Shown here: in pieces, positions 48,105-61,100 of the stretch
Layout: every line of letters begins with the position of its first letter
How positions within the stretch are numbered: the first letter of the stretch is position 1
Source: Guillardia theta CCMP2712
Lineage: Eukaryota; Protista; Cryptophyta
DNA: 64,000 nt
Direction of reading: 5' to 3'
Assembly (NCBI RefSeq): GCF_000315625.1
Contig: NW_005434673.1
Coordinates: forward strand, 825,023 to 889,022
Program-made: the position numbers and the translations under genes
The notes under the pieces: generated by a model
Databases searched by the model: none
Told to the model about the DNA's origin: nothing
What the model saw: only the letters and a program-made list of their open reading frames with translations

Positions 48105-48916
48105 AGGAGGAAGGGGGAGAAGAAGAATGGGGAGGGGGAGATGTAAGACTGATGTAGATATAGAGATGTAAATAAAGAGGCTGATCATCATGAAGACTGA
48201 GATGCGAGTTCTTTCACACCCACACCATGTTGTTTCCTACCTCGTACCCTTTCTCTTTGTCCATGTGATTTTCTTCGTTGTTGTGTAAGTTTTTCCTTCT
48301 GCTAACTTTTCCTGTTTCATGTGTTTTGTATGTGAACTAGATCTTCTTACAAACGTCGGCAATTCCATCAGCGAACTGAGACGCCATCGGTGCTGTTACG
48401 GCAAGCTGACTCATACAGCACACCACAATGCGTCTTGTCTCTCAGCGGTCTTGTTTCCTTTCTGCAGTCTGCTGCGCTGCTATGCCCAGCCGCATGCCAA
48501 CCTCTTGAGAGTCAACCTACCCATCTTCGCTCTTGTTCTGGCCCTCTGCTTCCTACATCATCGTCCTGCTCCTACTCGTTCCCCTTCACAGGCTCTCACC
48601 TCGCTGCTGCTCCTTGTGCTCAATTCTTGATTTGGTTCTTCCCTTCACCCTTCTCCTCCCATCCCTTCTCATCACGAGCTCCTGACGCTTTTTGCGGAGC
48701 AGGAATCTTCCATTGCTCTCTTGGGGCTAGGAGGTTGACCAGACTCTTGGTGGAGCTAACAGCGAAGTGACAAGTGTCGACGCTGACGAAGCGCAGGAGT
48801 GATCATGCTCAACATCTACCTCGGGTCTCAACCGTGGCGATCTCTCCTCGTTCTTCTGGTACTCGGAGGGATAGAGGAGGTTGTGTTGCTGACGTGATTG
48901 TATCTCCCTGCCAAAG

Positions 48917-50450
48917 ATGGTGGAAGCTCTCAGAGCAGGTGTCGTAAGACATTGTGGTCCCTTTCTGACACCCGTGGCAGTCTTGTGCGCAAGGATCCTC
49001 GACGAGCTGTGCTTTGCTGGAGCCCTCCGGCACCCGCGAGCATGTCCAGACAGAGCCCGGGCATGCGCCATCACAGGGGGGGTGCAGCGCCGACCAAGCA
49101 GATGGCAGGCGCTAGGGATGTTGCAGCATGGAGGCAGAACTCGGAGGGTTCGAGCAACGTTGTGGAGATGTCAACAAGAAGGCTCGAGCGGTAACTCAGG
49201 GAGCGACTTTGAGATTGAGTTTGACTGATGATGATGCTTGCAAGCCGACAACTCAAAGGACACGGGCTATGACGAGCTGGATGAACTGGTGAAGAAGGAG
49301 AAACAGTCTCTCGATATCGAGGAGCGGAATCAAAGTGATGTCGTGGATGAGTAGGAAAGGATGGGTTCTGACAGTTGCTACCTGTTTCATGCCAGGACCA
49401 AGAAACTGCGTCCTCGCAATTCTGCGAGCCAAGAGGTCAGAGTCAGGGATAAGCGCAACGGAATGACACGATTTCTATGGCAGCATTTCCCCGGTGCCAG
49501 GGCTGCCGTCGGTGGACAATGGTGACGTGGCAGATCAGAAGTATGGTGCTGAAAGTCCTTCACCTCTGCAGTGTTCGAGTACTTGCTCGAGAGCCGCGAG
49601 AGCGTTGGAGAAGAGTGGAACATGGGGATGATGTTCTACCTGCCGGAGGTGCAGGGTTAGAATCTCGTGGGCCGATGTGCGATGAGATGCTGACGAATGT
49701 TGTAGTGATGGAGAATGAAAGTGTGGATGAGGCGATCGGTCGCCTTCTGAGAGAGGTAACAATATCATCACCATCACCATCACCATCACCATCACCATCA
49801 CCATCACCATCACCATCACCGTCACCATCTTAATGATCGTTATCATCATCACCACCACCATCTCCATCTCCATCTCCATGTCTATCTCCATCGTCGTCAT
49901 CATCGTTGTCGTCAGCACTACCATCGCAGTCATCACCGTCATTTTCATTCAAGATATCACCTTGAACTCAGCAAAAACTCTTTCCTTGCAGTTCGGGTTG
50001 GAAAAAGGGCAGGCGGCGATCTACCCGAACCTGTTCCAGATACCTGAATATGAGGTTGTGCAAGAGAGAAGTCCTTTGATACTTCCCGACAACGAGGTGA
50101 GTGATGTTTGATGGGCAGAACACCTTACAAGAAATAGACACGTCAGAAGTTGACTAGGCAGACCGATCCTATTTGTACATGTCTAAACACCTCGTAGTAG
50201 CACTGATTCGCACATAACGCCAACATACTGGAGATTCCCTCCCTCACGTGTCTGTACGACAAGGTGCACATGACGACCAAAATCCTGGAGTTTCTGCGAG
50301 CCGAAGCTTTCATCGTCGTGGACTACAAGACTGAGAGTGAGTTGTTGTTGGTGTGATCGAAATGTCTGCAGATGACTGCTGGCCCATAGTGTGCACAACA
50401 AGCCATGAGCTGCGATGGGTTGACACTAAAGATATTCTAGAAGGCTGGCT
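48917..50450 (+). CDS. Hypothetical multi-exon protein
   Basis: Coding-like segments joined by GT-AG introns (..DEAIGRLLRE|DITLNSAKTL..). No family recognised; ends uncertain. Confidence 0.35.
49764..49829 (+). repeat. (CACCAT)n hexanucleotide microsatellite, intronic
   Basis: About 10 units directly visible. Confidence 0.9.
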
Positions 50451-51049
50451 TGCTGTGAGGCTTTTCGTCTCCCTCCCTTCCTCTCCCTCGTCCTCCTCTC
50501 CCAGTTTTTCCTTGTTCTCTTCCTCCCTCCTCGTCTTTCTCGCCCACCTTGTTTCTCCCTGCTGCTCCTTCTCTTCTCTCCGTTTTCTTCATCCCCTCCT
50601 CTCCACCATGTTTCTCACTCCTTCCTGCCTGCCTTTCAAGATGCCTCCTGGTCGCTTTCATTCGTTCCGCTTGACTCCTTCCTCTCCTTGCCAGGCCACT
50701 GGGGGCAAACCCACGCTTAACTCAGACAACCTGGACTCCGCCTTCCTCTTGAAAGGTTCAAGTCAACCCCTGCTATCGGGCTCTGGTTGTGAGTTGAGAG
50801 CAGACGGCTCGCGGGTGCACGAAGACGTTGTTGCTGTGCTGGCTCGTGTCGAGGTTGGGCCTCTTGCTGACTTGAAGGTCCTTGTGAGCTGCGAGCAGGG
50901 GCTGCGGGAGAGGTGGCCGACCAGGGTGCTGGAGAACTTCCGAGAGATTTCAGGGGTGGGAGAGGAGGGAGGAGCGGCAGGTGGAAGGGTGACTATGGCT
51001 GCAGCAATTCGATCTGATGCGGATTATGGTCGAGATGGATCGATGGCAG

Positions 51050-51120
51050 GAGGGAGAGGAGGGAGGGGAGGGAGGGGAGGGAGGGGAGGGAGAGGAGGGA
51101 GGGGAGGGAGGGGAGGGAGA
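51050..51120 (+). repeat. 9-bp purine tandem repeat (ggagggagg-type)
   Basis: About 7 units directly visible. Confidence 0.8.
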
Positions 51121-51477
51121 CGGGCGTTGATGGCAGAGGCGAGGTTAAGAGTAGATGCATCCTTCTAACTTGCCGTGTTGAGTCCTTGTTCAGATAAGGA
51201 GTGGGGGAAACAGGAAGGGGAGAGGAACAAACACGGGGGGGGGAGGAACTGGTGCAAGCGAAGGAGGAAGAGGAGGAGAAGTTGGTGTAGCAGACGACGG
51301 AGGAGAACAAGGAGGAGAAGACAAAGAAAGAGAACCACAAGGAGATTGTGTTGATAATCGCAAAGTCAGGAAGGACGTACATCAAGAAATGAAACACTAC
51401 ACTGCTTTACTTTTACAAGAATAAAAAGAAAAATGAAGACAGGGCCAGAGCAACCCTTTGCTCGCTCCCTCTGTCGT

Positions 51478-54364
51478 CTATTTCTTGAATGCCGCCATGT
51501 TTACCCGGAGAGGTCTACCGTTGATCTTCTTCCTGCTCAAACAAATTAATGGCCATCTCCGGTTGACCCCTGCTCTCCTTTCTCCTCTTTCCCTCCCTTT
51601 TCTCACTGGTTTCCACCTTTCCTGTTCTCAGATCCCACTGACCAACTTCTCCGTCACTACAAATCCTTCCTTCCTTGTTCCGTACCCACCCGTTCAACGC
51701 CGAGCATGCATTCTGCGCTTCTTCTGAAGAGCCCAAAGTGACAAAAGCGACGCCCTGAGTATAAGTCAAGAGGAAAACGTTTAATGACTTACACAGTCGA
51801 AGAGAAAGACAGGAAGAAGAAATGCAGAGACAAGAAGGAGGGCGAGGAGGAGAAAGTGAGGAAGAAAAAGTTGGTCTACCTTGAAGGTATTTGTCTCTTG
51901 ATCGTTGAGCATCACAACTCTTTCGATCGATCCGTTGCTACTGAAAATCCTGCACAACTATCAGGTACTTCCCTTCCACCTTCTCCTCTTCCACCACCTC
52001 CGTATCATCATCTCTATCATCCTCCCCCTCCTCCTCCTCCTCCTCTCCCCCCCCTCAACCCCCTTACTCCTCCTTCTCCTTCTCCTCCTCCTCCCCATCA
52101 TCATCCCCATTTCCTTTCTCTTCTTTCATGACACTCACTCTCTAATCGCTGGCTCGTCCATGTTGAAAGACAGGCCTCCAACAAACACCTTCCTCTCGTT
52201 CTCATTGTTCCCCCGCGGCCTGCTACCATGGTCATTCTCCATCCTTCTCCCCCTCCCCCTCCCCCTCCCCTTTCTCCTCCTCCTCTCCGTACCTGCCAGG
52301 GGACTTCCCTCCACCGTCAGACCTCCTGCCCGCCGGAGACATGGACTCGCCTCCCCTTCCTCTCCCTCCTCCTCCTGCTCCGCCGAACGCCCCGTTGCGA
52401 TTCCCCTCCTGCAGCGCCGGCAAGTCCTCCAGGCTCCTGACGGGCTCGAGGACGCAGCCAGGGGGAGAGCCGGCCTGCTCGAACTCCTCCACCTTGTCCT
52501 GCGGAACGTCGAAGGCTGCGCCCATGACCGGCTGCTCCTTGAAGAGACGGATACCCTTGATGCTGGAGACGAGCTCTTGAGGGAGGACCTTGCGGAGGAG
52601 AACAAAAACCATCCTGCTCTCTGCCATGGGCTGAGTCGTCTTGATCACAAAGGTCTTGAACCCTTCGAGGGAGGACAGGAGCGAGCGGGCGGGGAGCGGC
52701 TTCGTCTGCCCAGCGATCACGGCAAGGGCAGCGCAGAGCGCCTTGGTAGCGCCCATGTCCTGTATCATCTCCTCTGCCGTCTTCTCGAAGAGCGGCAGGA
52801 CGTCGCTGTGCACCTCCTCTACAGACAGCTTGATGTCCCTCGCGTTCGCCTTCACGATCTCCTCTGGCTGCGGCGCGCTGATCTGCCGCATCTTCGTCTT
52901 GATCCTCCACTCGATAGCTCGCAGCTGGTGCATTTCCCTCGGAGTGAAGAACGTCACCGCTACCCCGCTCCTCCCCGCTCGCCCCGTCCTCCCCGACCGA
53001 TGCACGTACGTGTCTGCGTCCTTGGTGGGATGGCACATGATGACTAGGTCGACCTCAGGGATGTCCAGCCCTCGTGCCGCCACGTCAGTCGCCACCAGGC
53101 AGCGGAACTTCCCGTCCCTGAACGCCTGAAAGGTCGTCTCCCTCTGAGCCTGCGCTATGTCCCCGTGCAGCACCGCGCAGTCCTGCTTGATCGCATCGTC
53201 GAGCGCAAGCTCGTTCGCCTCCTTCTTTGTCTCCGTGAAGATGATGGTCTTCCCGTGAGACCCAGCATAGCACAGCACGATGTCTCCTATCGTCCTTGCG
53301 CGGGAGTTCCATGGGCAGGGGATACACAGGTGCTCGATCCTAGTCGCCGTCTCCTGCCCCTGCTGTCCGGACACAAGGTCGACATGGGCCGTGTTGTTCT
53401 TGTCGAAGTATTTTTCCGTCGTCTGTGCGATCCAGTCGGGGATCGTAGCAGAGAAGAGCAGGGTCTGCACATGCTCGGGCTTGCTCTCCGCCTCCTCCCC
53501 CATCACCCCCTTGAAGATCTTGTCTACCGCGTCCTTGAAGCCGATGTTCAGCATCTCGTCTGCTTCATCCAGCACGAAGTATCGCACATTGTTCAGCTTC
53601 AGCTGCCCCCTCTCCATGAAGTCGATCACTCGCCCTGGCGTGCCCACCACCCAGTCCACCCCTTTCCTCAGCGCCTGCCCTTGCTCAGCGTAAGCAACGC
53701 CTCCATACACCGTGAGGACTGAGAAGCCATCGGCTGCGACCATCTCGAGCACCTTGGCAATCTGCTTGGCGAGCTCGCGGGTTGGAGAGAGGATGAGGCA
53801 GGAGGGCGTCCTCCCGTACTTCCGCGTGTCCAGTTCCCCCTCCTCCTTGAGTCGAAGCATCTGCTCGTGAACAGGGAGGATGAAGGAGAGAGTCTTACCC
53901 GTCCCTGTCCTCGCTCTTGCAATCAGATCCTTGCCCTCCATGACGTGATTGAAAGTGGCCGACTGGATGGGGAACAAGCTCGTGATACCTCCTGCCTTGA
54001 GCTTCTCTACAGTCTGGTCCGAGATGTCAAAGTCGGTCAGGGGTCTGTTGCCAGCGTTCTCCGAGACAGTCTCGTTGATCTCAGAAGGCTCCTCAGCCTT
54101 CTTTCTCTTCTTTCCAGCCTTGTCGGTCTCCTTCGGCTCCTCCTGCTTCTTCCCTCCTTTCCCCCTCCCGCCCTTCTTGATCTGCTCACCATCGTTTCCC
54201 TTCGATTTCTTGGCTGGCGGCTCGTCATCTCCCCTCCTCCTCTTCTTCTTGTCGTCATCGACCTTGCTCATCTCCTCGTCCTCCTCCTCTCCCTTCCTCC
54301 CCCTCCTCTTCTCCTCCTTCCCTTCGCTGGATTTCCTCTGGCCATCTTTCGCCATCACCGCCAT
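51478..54364 (-). CDS. DDX21: DEAD-box RNA helicase of DDX21/DDX50 (Gu) type with GUCT domain and C-terminal RRM
   Basis: LFPIQ, ARTGTGKT, PTRELA, TPGR, DEAD, FSAT, HGDI.Q.QRE, ATDVAARGLDIP, YVHRSGRTGRAG, then GUCT (RSLLS..GF). Spliced RRM: KVFVGGL..|..FK|GVAFVT..ALNG|KKINGRPLRVNMA. Lys/Glu-rich N-terminus. Confidence 0.92.
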
Positions 54365-54698
54365 GCGCTTCACGTGCAGAGTACCCGTGGTCAGTGAGGA
54401 GATGAGGGTCCTTGTCTCCAAGAGCCTGAGAGTGCGGGCCCGTACCGTACGGACCGCGGCGATCGGATCGGACAGTGAGGCCCGGCGGGCCGGGGCCAGG
54501 CAGCTCTGCGGATCGGATCGTTGGCCGGGCCGCGAGACGCCGGACGAATCAAGGCATGAGGATGCGGGCCTCAGTAACTCAGTTGGGTACAACTTGAGAT
54601 GAAAGTTCATTCCGACTGTCAAGTTCACTGTGACAGCCGAACTTCGGAAGTTGGGCCTTGGCCCGGCGGCCTCAAGTACGGTAGCCAGAGACGGATCC

Positions 54699-56670
54699 TC
54701 AGCAGCATCCTCCTCCACTGCAGCATCCTCCACCAGAAGCATCAGCAGCAGCTTCAGCCGGCTTGATCGCAGGGGACGGCCCGCCTATTAGCAGAGAAGG
54801 TCAGATTGAAAGTTGCTGAGCTTATAGAAGTTGAGCTTACAGGGGAATTCACCGTAGTGAACTGATCTGTCCCTGTTCTCGACGCATCAGGCAACGGAGG
54901 GCTTCAAGGCGGGCATAAGTTACCCGAGAATCTCAAAGTGAGGGGCGAGCCAGCTTACTCCGTTCTCTCCTGTGGAGGCAATCTCAGTCTACCTCCTCCT
55001 TGCTCAGCTTCTCTGGCTTCACTCACCCAGCATCGCCGCAGTGTTCCCACAGACCAGGCTGAGCTTGCCCTTCTCGAAGAGGTGGTGATCGTCGAGCATG
55101 TAGGAGTGCTCCATTCCTTTGATAGTTCCCTTGTACCTCACAGCCTGCATCGGAGGAAGCTTCAACATTTGAAGGCCAGAGATCGCACTTGAGCACTCGC
55201 CTGGCCATAGTCTTCACATAGTGTCTCAAGCATCCCCTCAGGAAGCTTGAAGAGGCGGTAGGTGATTGAGAAGAACTTCGCTTCACCCAAGATGGCCTTC
55301 AGCTCGGGGTCATGAACTTCGATAGGAGCCTTGAAACCAAGATTAGCATGCGTCTGTAAAAGCATGTACCGCCACTCACAGACGAGAGAATTCTGGGGTC
55401 GCCAAATCCAGCCGCTCTGGCGTATCGAATGAAATCATTGGTGTAGAGGGCGCCTGCGATGCACTCGCCCCAGCTACATGCCAGTCAGCTGGGAGTTTCC
55501 ACATTCGCTGTGGGACATACAGGACTTCATGCTCTTGGACGTTCTTTGGAAGTCTACGATCACAGTAGACGTCGGAGAAATAAAACTCGCCTCCCGGTTT
55601 CAGGACGCGGTACACTTCCCTGAAGAAACCGCAGACACGGTCAGTCAAAGAGCAAACCAGGTATCATGGCATCACCTCAGCACTCGAGGCTTGTCAGGGG
55701 ATAGGTTGACTACACAGTTGCTGATCACAAGCTGCGCAACAACGTTCAGTGCTGATGGCACGCGGAGTTAACATTGAATACATCAAAAGTGTTGGCCTGG
55801 ATGCCAGCTTCTTCTAGACGTTCGATGTATCCTTCCACGAAGTTGAGGTTGCAACGATCATACCTGCACAGTGCAACTGGCATCAGAGTGCAAGTCTTGT
55901 TTCCAGGCGGCAGCCAAAACACAACTGGCAAAAGTTTATCACTGTACCCGAGTGACTTGCAGTACTGCTCCGCATGGGCCCTAGCCACCGAGAGCTGCTC
56001 CGCTGTCATGTCGATTCCTGCATCACAGAACTTCAGCAACCCCCAGCTTCTTGTAGACTATCGCAACTTACCAACAACAGAGCCAGTCGGTCCGACGAGA
56101 GCAGCTGCAGCATAACAATCCCTTCCTGAGCCGCTCCCTAGGTCAAGAACAGATCGCCCTTGAAATGGCACGAGCTCAACTCAGACGGGTCGCTTCTGTC
56201 ATACTGCATGTACCTTCGATGCCCAGAGGAAGAGGAGCTCCGCATCCATAGAACTTTTCACGGACCTAACAATGCTTTCACCACTAGCCATTCTCCTCTG
56301 AACAGGCTATCAACCTCCTTGGGGATTGAGCGGATAACTTTCGCCTTCAAGAAAAGATCCAAGTCAGGAGCAACTATCTCAGGCAGGAAGAGCAGCATCA
56401 CCACAACGGGATGGGGACGACCACTCGCTGTGCATGCTGAAGTCTTCAGATCCTTGCTGGTGTGGAGCACCTGCGGACGAATCAGCGATCACCCATGGAT
56501 GTTCCCATCAAAACACCTTGCCATAGTAGTCCTTCACGGACTCCAACGTCTGCAGAGCACGAAAGAGGTCAGCAGATGGAAAAACTTTCGCTCTACACGC
56601 ATGCCAGGCAGTAATCCTCACTGAATCCACTGGGACCGTTAGTCGCATCCAAGGATATCCTTCACCCATT
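54699..56670 (-). CDS. AS3MT: Arsenite S-adenosylmethionine methyltransferase, multi-exon
   Basis: VKDYYGK|[74 protein letters not shown]-terminus [11 protein letters not shown]. Start approximate. Confidence 0.92.
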
Positions 56671-57079
56671 GGCTGTCCCTAACTCTATGTAATCTGCGTC
56701 TTCAAACTTTTTTTTCATGCTATCTAGATCCATTTCATCGTATAGATCTCATCGAATCCCCGCCCGACATCATCATGTTTTCATCTTTAAGCTGCCCCAC
56801 CAGCCCCCGTCCTCCTAGTTTCTACCGCCTCACTCTCATTGTACTGGCTTTGCTTTTGCCATGCATGCTCTCTTTTCACTCTTGCAAATATCTCACTGCA
56901 GATATTCTTACAGTCACATCCTCCTCCCTCCCCGTCCTCTCTCCTCCTTCAACATCTCCACTCTCACCATCTCGTTGGTCGGCATGTTTTTGCTGGCTAT
57001 GTTTTTAGATCTTCCGCGCTTGTGTCTAGAACAAAGAGGCGGTCTTGAGATGAAGGGGTCCTTGCGACCGGATTCACAT

Positions 57080-57560
57080 GGGTAGTGAATACAAATTCAA
57101 TTACTAGGGGTGGTTTTCCCTGGATAATTGATGGTAAGGGGTAGGGGGACGAGGCGATGACAGAGAATGGGTAGGGTAGTAGAGTGCCCGTGCTCTTTCA
57201 ACAGCTCGATATGGGGGTACTCTTGCGGTTTATAACAGGGTGGGGTGACTTCTTGGAGCTGTCAGATGTCATGGGTGGGTGGGCTGTATTATGACTACCG
57301 GTGTATTTCATTGTCAAGTACCGGTACAATTTCCATATTCTCCGGTCGCACGTCGTGTGGGGACATGTGACTGGGAATAGGAGGGGTCATGTGCAGGACG
57401 AGGGGTGGGTAGGGTGGGTCAGGAATGTGCCGGGCCGGCGTGTTGTATGGCCGAAGTCCCCGGCGACAAACTGCAGAGTGAGGCTCATAACCTAAATTTA
57501 GGATACCAGGGGGGTGGGGTATTATTATAGCCTGCTAGAAGACCGTGGGGGAGGTGGGGT
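57080..57560. other. Strand-biased G-rich intergenic tract followed by an AT-rich stretch, between divergent genes
   Basis: Repeated gggt/ggggtggggt motifs, then AT-rich 57570-57750. Confidence 0.4.
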
Positions 57561-58130
57561 GGAAGTGAATAAATCTGTTTTTAAACTGTAGTGCAAATTG
57601 GTACAAATTACCAAAGAAAGTTAGAAATATGTATACTAATTTCTTAAATGTATTTTGATTTTGTACAATATTTATAAAAACAAGGCTCCGTATGTAAAAT
57701 TACTTGTAAACAAACATTTAGGTTAAACTTCTTTTTTTCCTTTCTTATTTCGGGCGGCAGCCAATGGTTCAACAGCTCGGACGGGGGTTGTGCTGCGCAT
57801 GCTGAAGGTAGGAGATTGCGTGTGGTACGAGATGAGACACGTCAGAAAATGTTCTACATGGTTGTGCTCTGATGTGCCACGCATGCCTTATCTTTCATAA
57901 GCTCTGTTGATGCAGTTTGATGTGCTTGTCACCTTTGAAAAGACTTGTGTCTGGTTGCTCAATGTGATACTGAGTTATTCTGTTTCCCTGTTGTGCTGAT
58001 AAGCTATTGCTATTGTTTTATTGTGTATTGCTCTGATTCATACTCCTGACATGTAATTTGAATTGTCATTCTTTTCTGACAATCGTCCTACAGGTTAATA
58101 TTTAAGTAGCTTCAGTCTGTTTTCCCGACC

Positions 58131-61100
58131 ATGTCTTCGACAGAGAAGGAGTACCGAAACGTTCTGGCCTTTTTTGTCTCTCTGCCAGCTGATGATCGTC
58201 TGAATCTTTTATACATCACAAAACCAAGATCTGCTGCTGTCCTTCATCGGATGTACGACATCTTGTCTCAGGCCAGCAATCAAGCATCGATCGCATTTTA
58301 TTTCGATGGGATTCAGCAAGTTAGAACCGTGAAAAACTACGGAGATTGGACTCCGAGCATGGAGCCGAGCTTGGAGAAGCTGAAGTTCTTCTCATCCTCA
58401 GTTTCCACCGCCAACTTCGAACTAGAATTCGAGCTGGAAAGGGTCTTGCGCCTGAGCGTGGTCGATGACGTGTTCGTGCCCTTCGAGTTGTTGGAGTTCA
58501 GCCAGGACGCTGAAAAGATCTTTGACATGCTCTATAACCTGGCTCCTTTCGTGACTTGCTACGATCGGCCATCTTCAAGGCTCAGGGGAACTCAGTACTT
58601 CACCCCCCTGACCTTTGTTGCTTCGTTGATGATGAAGAACATATTGGATCGCTACAGTGTGATGTCGAAAAAAGGCATCACACAACCTGCCCGATGCTCA
58701 ACGATGTCCGATGGGCCCAATGTCCGGAATATTCTTGCTCGACTCCGCCAGTTCTCAAAGGCGGAGCTCAATTCCATAGACTTTTCGTTCACTCGAGAGT
58801 TGTTACGAAGGTGCTCTCGAAGTATTTCAGGTCAGATCTCCGTTTGACATCTCAGCTGTATGCCTGATTTGGTGAAAGATTTACCAACGAGGTCTGTCGA
58901 GCAAGATACAGAAAATTTTGAAGTCGTTGCTAAGGTTCCCATTTTGGTTGCCTTGAAGTACGAGCTTACAAAAGAGCAGGGCCTCATGATGAAGGATAAG
59001 GAAAACGGGTGGGAGAAGGTGAATTCGTGGGCGAAGCAGTGGAGTGCGCTCGATCCTCGCCTGGAACAATCTCAGGTTGAGATCTGAAACCATCACTTGC
59101 TTGCCAGTGATTGTGTTCCTTCAGGTCTCGGCAGCTGCTACACCACTGGGCGTTGCGTCGCCGGTTGAAGACGAAGACGCGACACTTATTCCCAACTATC
59201 TAAGCCTTGTATTATCGACAGAAAAATTACGACTCAGCCGATCGGTGAGCTCACTTGGTTTCCTGGTTGCGGTCGTGCGTTAGTGACCTTCGATGAAACT
59301 CAGATGATTCGACGCGAAATCTTCTCAAGTTTCAAACGAGGGCCGCATGTAGAGAACTTTGCTTGTCTAGCAGATTGTTGGCATTGTGATCAGGAGCTAT
59401 ATGATGTGTCCTGCTTGACAAATCCTGGTGGAAAAGTTGCAGGCAATATCTTGAGTTCCGGGTGCAAGTATGCAGACACCTTGATGCATGCTCTTGTTTC
59501 GTTCCCATTGGCGTATTCGGCATTTTATCGCAGACATTTGCACAAGGAGACACAATTCACTTTTGCTGAAATGGCCCGGGATGTCCTAAAAACCACAAGG
59601 CCCCAGGCACTGTCGAAGGTAATCGTTGGGCTCCCCACTTCTCCAAACTGATGTTGAGATCCAGGACCTGCATCTGTCCCAAAAATCTTCCACGGAGTTT
59701 ACCAAGAGCATTCTGTGGGATACATCATCGTCCAGACTTTGCCGCGGAGACAAGGTTTCAATCGTGCACAAGGACGCAGATCGAGAAAGCCATTCAAGGA
59801 TTTGGGGGGGGGTTCGGAATGATATCTTCTCTGCCGAATCCTCAAGCGCTGGCGCTCCTTTTGACAAGGATTGGAACATCATGGACAAGATTGATGAAGT
59901 ACGTCTGCGCAGTGAAGAATGCCTGGGACAGACGGCTCAGCAGATGGATGAAGCGTCGCTAGCATACGAGAGCATGGCAAAGAAGAGCTATCTCTCTCAA
60001 CAGCCGGCCTGCCAGTCGCCTTTTGTTGAACGGAACAGTTACAAGACTCCCAGGTCTTCAAGGCGAAAGCCTGTGCATGAACAAGAGAGAGATCTTTCGG
60101 ACAGCAGCATCGATTCAATGTCCTCATCCTCCTCCTCCTCCTCCTCCTCCTCGCAGCTGTCGGAAGCTGAATCACTCAATGTTAATGGGCCAAATGGGGA
60201 TGAGGATGAACAAGTCAAGCCACAGGACACCTCGATCATGCTGAAGAGCAGAGAACTCGATGCCCCAGGTCGCGATCGCAGCACAAGCCCTCAGTCACCC
60301 AAAGGAACAGATGAACCCGTTGATTCCGACGTAGAGAATCAAGAAGTGTCGGAAACAGCGATCGGGAAGGTGAGGGAGAATGTGAGTGTAGCTTCTGAAG
60401 AGGAAAGAGATGAAGTAGCAGAAAGCATGGCTCCAAGCCTCAAGTCAGACATCTCGGCAGCAAAAGCTGCTGAAAATGCGTCAGGGATCATGTTCTCAGC
60501 AAGCAATGACACGCAACAAGGGAGCGATCTTCTTTCGAATGCTACAAAGTCAGACATCCAAGATTTTAGCAAGACGCAGTGTGAAATAAGCTCCAAGATA
60601 TCTGACAAAACCCATAAGGCTAGCTCGAAACGTCTCGCACACTACAACCCTTTGAGACCGGAGCATCACTGCTTCGCTTCGATGCCTGATGACAGGAAGT
60701 CGGTCACGAGGAGGCTGCACAGTGAGATCGTTGAGTTGCTGAACCAAGTGTACCCCACCAACTCTACGAGGACGCGGCGTCAGAGGATCGTTGACCTCGT
60801 TGACGAAGCTGTGAAATCGTGCTGGGAGGGAGCGCATGTGGAGGTGTATGGCTCCTTCTCGACTGATCTCTACCTACCTCACAGTGATGTGGACGTGCTC
60901 GTCATTGGAGCAAAAGAATGGTCGATCGAATCGAAGATGAAGCACCTGGCTTCACGTTTGAAATCCATGCCATGGTGTAGGTACATGAGGTCTATCGAGA
61001 ACACTTCAGTCCCAGTGATCAAATTGTCGGCCGACGTGTCCAAGATCTCCTTGAACGAGGGACGAGCAGGGTCCGCAGGGGAGGGCCACGAGGACTCCGA

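Larger units (their letters stand above)
40301..48190. repeat. Tandem (period about 1735 bp) plus inverted array of a two-gene unit, a quasi-palindrome centred near 44740
   Basis: Direct units start at about 40301, 42036 and 43772. About 44740-48190 holds two units in reverse complement. Confidence 0.9.

Noticed and set aside
40301-48190. The array as a transposon or CRISPR-like array
   Set aside because: No transposase or reverse-transcriptase ORF, terminal inverted repeats, target-site duplication or repeat-spacer structure. The units are 1.7-kb gene cassettes.
51905-53047. 380-aa plus-strand ORF (also 53165-54602 plus-strand ORFs)
   Set aside because: Antisense shadows of the GC-rich helicase CDS with low-complexity composition.
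54365-54742. N-terminal 126-aa extension of the helicase ORF
   Set aside because: Begins at a non-ATG codon, overlaps the last AS3MT exon and crosses the GC-rich promoter island. The ATG at 54364 is more plausible.
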